This document shows, piece after piece, positions 55,773 through 64,000 of a stretch of DNA of 64,000 nucleotides. A program made the translations under genes and the position numbers. The notes under the pieces are model-generated. The model saw only the letters and a list, made by a program, of their open reading frames with translations, was not told the origin of the DNA and did not search any database. The DNA comes from Tubiluchus corallicola (Eukaryota > Animalia > Priapulida), in contig JAQGDQ010000210.1 of NCBI GenBank assembly GCA_030141605.1, forward strand, positions 310,001-374,000, read 5' to 3'. Each line of letters opens with the position of its first letter. The stretch's first letter is position 1.

Positions 55773-56118
55773 AGTACAAGGAACCAATATTCTTATAAAA
55801 ACGAAACAAATACATCTTGAAATTTTGTATCACATACAAGCTGTCTTGCTGCATACAGAGCTTGCGTTAGCAGCAACGCTGTATAAACTCTAACGAAGAC
55901 CGTTAGGCGCATGCATTTTAACGGCAAGTCGTTTGAAACAAGTTTGGATAACAATATGCAAAAGTTCGAAAAAAAATCATAGCACTCGTAGCACACACTT
56001 CAATTAACAGAGGAAAAGTGCAAATTGCTTGGTCTTGCCAATAAGATAAATAGTACATTTTTGGTGAACCAGTGACGTTTTCTAGTGCACACTAGGATAG
56101 TGAAACAGTGACGTTTGC
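55773..56118. mobile_element. Dispersed repeat family B, diverged copy
   Basis: Shares tcttgaaatttt, aagtcgtttgaaacaagttt and ccaataagat blocks with the other copies. Confidence 0.6.
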
Positions 56119-56125
56119 CAGCCGG

Positions 56126-56296
56126 CTTGCGGATGCGGATGCGTTTTGGAGGGCGTGCGGAATAGATAAAATCGGTTTATATTGTTTTCGATGAACCCGT
56201 TTATGCAGCCTGCGCATGCCTTTTTTCTGTAGCTATTTCCTATTGATTTTTTTCCGCAGGCTGTTCCGCATTAGAAAACGCATCCGCATCCGCATG
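56126..56296. repeat. Inverted repeat / MITE remnant
   Basis: tgcggatgcggatgcgtttt ... aaaacgcatccgcatccgca. Confidence 0.6.
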
Positions 56297-59200
56297 CTGC
56301 ATAAACGCAACGTAATGCAAAGAACTGCAATATAACTGTGTATGGAAAGTTTTTTGAGATGTACTATAAAATTCCCTTTTCTTCCCCTTTAAGTTTTTTT
56401 GTTGTAAACAAAAGTCAAAATTAAAAACTTGGTCATTATCGTCACCATTTTGCAACAATCAACTTAATTTTTTAATAGCAAATTTTTAGCTCTTCCCTAT
56501 AATTTTCAACTTGCAATTATTCACTGAAAGGAACTCATTAACACAGTTGTATCGAGGTAGTAGTTTGCACTCTGCAAAAGTTGATAAAATGATAAATTGT
56601 AAAACATTTTTCGCTTTTTAGTTCTGAAGTACCCTCAATAGGTCTGGCTCCTGAAGCCAATAAACCAGTAACCAGGTAGTCAGGCATTTTATTATGACGT
56701 CATAGAAATGTACTTTGAACTCGAACCTCAAAACTGCTAGTGGTGACTCGAACAAAGTTGATTATTTATTAACTGTCGTGACTTTAATGTGTTTGGTACA
56801 ATGTCATCTCTTTGTCTTATCTCCTAAAATATTTTCTTTTTTCTCTTCTATCCTATTTCCTGTACATAGCTTGATAGATAGATACATAGATGGATTATTA
56901 CACAGTGTTTTGTATAGGCGCATAGACACATATATATTTATATATATCATGTGCATTACATAAGCTTCTATATATGCATGAGTAATTATACACACACATA
57001 TATGTATATATATATATATATATAATTGATAAAATGATAAATTAATAAAGCATATATCAATTATATGTAACATTTGCAACACTATGCCCTGTAAATAGAG
57101 GGCTTGATATGGAATTAATTTTTGAATAAAAGCTTTACAACAATAATAATAGCTGCTGCTATAGCTGATGGTCCTGATATTACGCTTGCTCTTACTAGTG
57201 CAGCTCGTCTTGCTGGTGAGGTTTGCCATTATACCGCATCAAATTTAATTATTGAAAATTGTCGTATAACAAAACAGAAGTAAAATGAAATGGTGTTTGC
57301 ATAGTGCTGGCGCTCTAACAACGGTAGATGTGGAGTGTGCGGTTTGTGCGGTAATGCACAACTCTTATTGTCATTTGTGTAACCACACATAAACTACACC
57401 ATGCACATTCCGGATAACCGCTGCCGCATCAGTCGCACGTAACGTTGCCGCATGTTTCCGCTGCAGATGAACATACCCTTAATTGTAATTTGTTATTTCC
57501 ACATTTTCACAATTCATCGCAAACGAACTGCCAAGGACAGTTCTTAAAGTTCACTACTCCGAGTCACCTGACCAATGACGTCATACGGGTGGCATGCAGC
57601 GTTTAATTACTACAAATGCAGAATGCTTTTATTGAAAACAAAACTCAAATTTTAATTCTAAAAGGTTGTAGTTGTAGATAGGCTGATCCATAATAATGTT
57701 TCCAATGCAATTAAACGTTGCGTTTACTAGGGAAATGACACTCAAGTATAGTTAATTATAGTGGATTGTGATACTTTACTTTAAGAGAAAAATAGCAGCT
57801 GATATTCTGGTATTCAAACATTTATTCTAGTAAATGATATTGCTTAAGAAAAGAGAGTTTTTAGCTAAATAAAAGAAATATGTTTGCAGGTAATCAATAA
57901 AATCGGGCCCTTGGCACATCTATAAGCAATGATCCATACTTAATTTGACTTCCAGGAATTCTTGGATAACGATGTTAATTGCAGTGGTTGGGCCGGTCAA
58001 AGCAAACTAATAGGCTAGCATATTAGCGTAAGATAAATGTTCCTGCTTACAAACAAAACGGGAACAAAGCGGATAAAAGCGAACTAAGATGATATAAAAG
58101 TCATAAAAGCTTATTAGTCACACGAAAGTGTCTTATGGAAGCACGTGAAGCAAAAAATTGAGTCAATTATGTGGAGCTATTGAGTCAGTTACCGACAGTT
58201 TCTATGTACATTTGAATCGAAGCGGCCCGTACCAGGCGTTTTTGAGTCAATTAAGCGATTGAGTCTATTAACCGTGAGTCTATTAAGCGTCGCCTACTTT
58301 ATTAACCAACACAGGAATGCACTAATTACCGGGATAACATGAATCTTCTAAATTAACACCTAAGGGTTTAAGTGCCTTTTAGCAAAATTTTTGCAAATAA
58401 GACATCATAACACCCGAAAATAGATTTCATTGGTTACTTAGCCCCTGCATTTGATGATAGCCCAAACGTGTTCTAGAAAGACACAGAGTGTACGCTGACT
58501 GTCACCCCTTCAAGTCGTTCTTTCGTTATTATCTAACTTTCAATATCAACACAGCGTACTTCTTAAAGATATTGTGACTAGTGCAGTAGAATAATACTAT
58601 TAAAACCGTAATTAGAGACATTTAACAAGTACATAAGTACGTTCTCGAAGAATTTGATGAGCACCTTCACATTCATGATAACGCCTTAGAAAGATAATGT
58701 TGACTAATGTAATGTTCTGATCACGACAAGTGCAGCATAATTAATGTTTGCTTTCGCGTGAAGATTTAAATTTCAATTTCATCTGCTAGTCACGTGCGAT
58801 TGCTAACCAATCATGATTAAAACCTAAAATAACGCTGCGTAATTGTCAGGTAAAACGAGAAAATATTGTTAATCTTCAATATCGATCACGCAGTTGATAG
58901 AAAATCCCAGTATAAAACGAAACGGTTCGCTGTTTCAGCCTATTGTAAGAATATCTCCAAGCCAAAAAGAAAAACGAAAACAAAAACGAACACTAAATAC
59001 ACTTTTTTGATATTTTTAAATACTTTATCGCATTTACTGATAACCGTAAAAGTACGGCGTTTACTAGCCAACAAAAAACCGTGAAGAACAACAACGATGG
59101 ACTACGTGTACAAAAATGTACCTAATTTCTAGAAGAAATTCTCAAATCGTTTGTGGTGGGTTAAGGCCAAAGCGAGAAAAAATGAAACTGTTTGTGGTGT

Positions 59201-59978
59201 GTTATCAGAAGCTAGGGATAAAAGAAAACAGTTTTGGGGTGTAAATCAAAGAATAAGCCCAAATTTGTAATATTGCTGAATTAAAATCAATAGTTAGAAT
59301 TTATGGGCTGCGGAAGACATATTCGTTACTGGAGGAGTCGTGTTTATATCGAATGATATTATATATAGTCATGAATTAACCTTTTAATTGGGTTTTTATA
59401 ATTATATAAAGTAAATTCTTGCTTTACTTCGTTTTTAGTGTGCTTGTAAATAATAATAATTTTATTTTACCGTTTTATATTTTATATGACAATAAACTTA
59501 AACTTTAACTTGAACATTACGTACAACGTTTGGTTATTCCATAAGTTTATTGCAGTTTGGGTATTCTTTCGTGTCCATATTTGTTTTTTGTCGATATTTG
59601 TTTTACATTCATTGTTCTTGCATTTTTGAGTATGGTTTTAAGAAAAGGAATTTTATTATTTAAAATGGAACAGTAATGCTATGGATATACTTATAGAAAA
59701 AGAGCAAGGTATGATAATGTGTTTATGACTGAACTATTGGGAGATTCGTCATTGCTCTCTGTCACTGGTTAGATATCATCTTCTTTGACTTATATTTCGA
59801 TTCCAGTTCTAATTCTTAATGCGTAGTTCTGTACTGTGTTTATTTTGTTTAAACGTTTAGCATCCATATTATCGTAAAAGGTGCGTTCATAAGCATAGTG
59901 AGATAAACTACACAGATTACAAGTTTTGGTCTATTTGTAATTTTTTCTATAAATTTAACTGGCCTCTAATTTGTTTTT

Positions 59979-60103
59979 TGGCGCGTTCAGAGGTAGAGAT
60001 TTCTCTCGCAACTTGTTGCGCAACTTTTCTCTGAGATAAAGTTGCAATGCGTGAATGGTTTAGCAACTTCTCTCCCAATTTGTTGCAACGTGTGAACGCG
60101 CCA
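59979..60103. mobile_element. Small Harbinger-like MITE
   Basis: tggcgcgttca ... tgaacgcgcca termini, with internal gcaac/gttgc repeats. Confidence 0.55.
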
Positions 60104-61749
60104 CTAGGTAATGTGATAGGTAAGAGCGTTCACACTAGTGGATTCCTTAACAGATTTATTATTTACTTGCATTACTTTATCATTTCTTTGCACAAGAGAA
60201 CTTGTACCATTTACTACGTATTGATGTGGCCGTAACATCATAAATTCGGTTTTGTCTTCATTTGTTAATAATTTATGATAATCAAATTCGCCTTTTGATG
60301 ATCAAAATAACTCAAAAATCAAAGATGACGTTTATTAAATCATTTTTGAGTTTTGAAATGGCAATATCTTTACTTTTGTCTGGTGACTATAAGCTGTTGT
60401 CATCGATAAGTTGTGTTGTATTGCTGCTACCTAATATTTTGTAGATGCATTGACGTACAGAGAGAACAACAACGGGCGGAGGATTGTTCTTTGTGGAATA
60501 CCTCTGGGCAATGATCAGCAGAGGCATTCCACACGGAACAGTTTTCGGCCATTTTTTGCTCTCGTTAAGCAATGGATTTTTTCCTGTGTTGTCTTTGTAA
60601 TGAACGTCAACGAATCTAATTTAAATTAAAATAAAACATTAGCTAACTCCTACAACAAACTTTTTGTAAGGATTTCGTGTAATCGACACCATTAAAAATT
60701 GTAGCGATTACTCCTGGACAATTGTGTCTGGATTATATCTGACATTCTGTTCCAGCCATTTCCCTTCTTCATAGAACATGTTAACCGCATGCCATGAGGG
60801 TGGCTACGACACCTCTACCGGTTTAATGTCTCTCTTTATTTGTCTTATCCCCCTCTCATTTAAATATTTGTATAAAATCATTCCAAAAATTCTATGCACA
60901 AAGAAAGCAAACCTGCAGTGCAACAAACTTAGCGAATGTGCAGAATGGCGGAAAGAACAACCCGCCTGCTAAAAATAAAATGTTTTCACAATAAATGTAG
61001 TCGCTCATCAAAGTTCTAGCTTGTTACACTGAAATGCGCAACAAAAACTCGGTTTTCAAATGTCACGTGTGAAATCGTCAATGCCTTCAAGCACTGCGAT
61101 TTAAAGCTTCATAAAATACTGGAAAAGCAATGCTAACGGTGCTAATTAAGGCAAAGCGATTCGTTTACCTGCACGTCCCTACACATTCAACGCTTATAAA
61201 TAACTCGTTTCGATTTATTAACCTTTTAAGCTGACAAAGCTCTGCCTAGATTTTGTCTAACTAAGAGATCTTGTATTTCTCTCCAGTATTTGTAGCTACT
61301 TGCAAATTCAGTTATCATTTCGCTTGTGATCGATTACTGCTTTAATTGTTAAAACTTATAGTTTTTATTATGCAAATTTCAGGGCGACGAAATAGCCGAA
61401 TAGTTACCGGTGCTGAAATTAAGCACCGTTAGCCTGTTTAGAAAATGGATAGCTATCTTTTCTGGAAACTGAAACCAGCTGTCATACTGCCTCTGGTTAT
61501 TTCTCCAGCTGCGGGAGGAGGTTTAGGCAACCGAGCGTCATGTCTCTGCATATCTCATCTTAGATGATCATCCTTGTAGAAGAAATGGGTTCCAGTCTGA
61601 CCGCAGCCGTCTATAATAATTCAATTCAATTTATTGCTCAAATACATATAATGTACATTGGCCAAACACGGTACAGTACATACGTGTCAAACAGTGCATA
61701 CATATAAAATTAATTCATATAAGCTTTGTGCAAAAGGTTATTTTCAGTG

Positions 61750-61817
<68 letters not shown>
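61750..61817. repeat. (TAA)n microsatellite
   Basis: Directly visible. Confidence 0.97.
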
Positions 61818-63874
61818 TTCACATTTTTGGTATAATTTGTATTAACATAGATAAGTTAGCAAACTAATTAAAAAGAAGTACACTGATACAAAATCACAGT
61901 ATTTTTCAGCAATGAAAGAAAGGCAAAAATGACTTGAGTAGTATTTGTTTCAGCTATTTGGATAAACGTTTAAAATGAATAATTAACGAATGAGTTATGA
62001 AAAAATTATGATCAAAGTTTGCTGCCGTAATGCTCATTTCTTCTTTCCTGGATATCGGAGATGTTGCCGACTTAAGTTCCTTGTACTAATAAGACATTTA
62101 GCAAGCCATTGATAATAACATTAGCTCGTCAATATTTACATCCTTCGGTACTTCTTTTGCATCTTCGCTTCGCCTCGGGCATTAATCACATCATCGGCTT
62201 CAAATCAATCACAATGCATAGAAAATTTGTGTAATTGTTATTCTAGTAGCAATACAAGGAGTATTCTCTGGATATTAATGTTCAAATGTAGGCCTAATTT
62301 AAACATTGGTAGTCTTAAATGATAATGGCAGGACATTAAGAGTCTATTACGAAAAACAAGGCTGCTAAAAAAGAAAGTAGGAAAGAGTGGCACTCTAATG
62401 ATATCACAGATTTAGATGGCATCAATCGCATTTATGGTAAATGACATCTGAGTTTAATTATTTACAGAAACGTTTTCCAAGATCTTTGACCACCGTTCTT
62501 TCAAACCTTGTCTTCAATAAAAAAAATGCATATAGCAACGCAGTGTATCCGTTATTAAGTATTACATATTTGTATTCTATGTATACTCATGGATCTCAAA
62601 TTTATCAAAGCTGTTTATATGCAAGGAATACCGGAAAAGACATGGCTATTTAATCCAACACAATCATCTGCAACATTCTAAACATAACCATCATGATCAC
62701 ACAATTCTACCTAGCAAAAATATGATGTATAAAAATTAATATTCAGGTCCAACTATCCACATTGTTAAGGTTAAAAAGTTGTAGATGATTGGGTCTGAAT
62801 AAAAGCCTTGTCCTTGCTTAAGTGTGTGCTGGCGATCTTAAGAATTTGCATTCCCATCAGCAATAAGTACATCTAAAACATTACTATACAGCAGTTACTA
62901 TGTGTAGGCGTCAAGGCTTAATAAGAGATTTGTGCCAAGATAACAGCACCTGCTATTTTTTGTACCATAATGATCACAGAAAGAAGATTTTAACCATAAT
63001 ATATGAAACTATTTTTATAGGCATTTATTTGAAATAATTGACTTTGCCAAACAGCAGATAAATGCTGATCTAGTTGCCACAGGTTGCAAAATTTTCAGAA
63101 GTGCAGTTTAACAAGTCTATCACGAAATATACATAACTATTCCAGTTGTTAATTAAAATAATTAAAATGGCTAGATGGACCAATATATTGAAACTGGTTC
63201 GGTATTAATACTAAAAAACTAGGTTTCCGCATTCTGGAATTATAGCTTTGTGCATTATCTCTTCAGATGAAACCATATGTAACTGGCTAGACTCTACTAA
63301 TGCTAACTAGCTTAGTTATATCGTAACGCACAATGTTCTAGATCTCAGTACGAAGATTAATTGTTGTACATTTCCCATGAGTTATAGACTGAATGTCGAG
63401 TCTGTTGATTCAGTGCATGTAACCTTTAGCATTACAACAATACTGATACAAGATGCTTCAGGTGAACACAAAACATATAAAAAGAATTTTTCGCTTTGTT
63501 CGTCATTTTTGCTCACGTCACGGAATACCTCTATAGATGCATGAATTCAATTTCTCTAGCAACACGTATAGCAGTCCTACTTTTTCTAGGTTTTCTCCAA
63601 ATCACTCTTGTTGTGATAATAATGAGATGACAACAAAGCTAATGACTTAAGGTCAAATAATTTTGGAACCAGTGATCAAAAGCTTTAGTTTGACCACTGT
63701 TAGGTACGTTTCGTATTCACCGTAAGAATGACATGCGAAAAACGGGAATACTCACTGACTGATTTGATTTAAATCTTTATTTCAAATCGTTCTTTCAAGA
63801 CTTGTTCATATAAAAATACACAATATGCACAACAAGTGTTACAAAAAGGAAAATATAAAATGCACTTAAAATAC

Positions 63875-63992
63875 ACTGACTGACTGACTGACTGACTGAC
63901 TGACTGACTGACTGAATGACTGACTGACTGACTGACTGACTGACTGACTGACTGACTGACTGACTGACTGACTCACTGACTGACTGACTAAC
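63875..63992. repeat. (CTGA)n microsatellite
   Basis: Directly visible. Confidence 0.97.
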
Positions 63993-64000
63993 TGGATGAC

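Overview
AT-rich, microsatellite- and transposon-rich eukaryotic DNA, most likely from an invertebrate animal; the taxon cannot be fixed from this window. Most long ORFs in the supplied track are simple-repeat artefacts. Reading splice sites by eye gives five spliced genes, all predicted to be secreted or cell-surface: (1) the last exon of a Quiver/Sleepless-like Ly6 three-finger GPI protein (282-475, +); (2, 3) a head-to-head pair of unrecognised two-exon secreted proteins (5548-6751, -; 11446-16127, +) that share an 11-residue helical repeat, the second being a furin-type precursor with two copies of a Cys-X8-Cys peptide; (4) an IGF-like insulin-family peptide (22519-27329, -); (5) a three-exon gene for a 59-aa Tyr/Gly/Arg peptide resembling DOPA adhesive proteins (49237-55491, -). 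Between the genes lie a 5S-rRNA-headed SINE with an RTE-like body, MITEs (hAT, Tc1/mariner, TTAA/Kolobok-like, Harbinger-like), a foldback element with an internal minisatellite, decayed LINE fragments and tandem repeats. All gene models are manual and untested by database search or RNA data.
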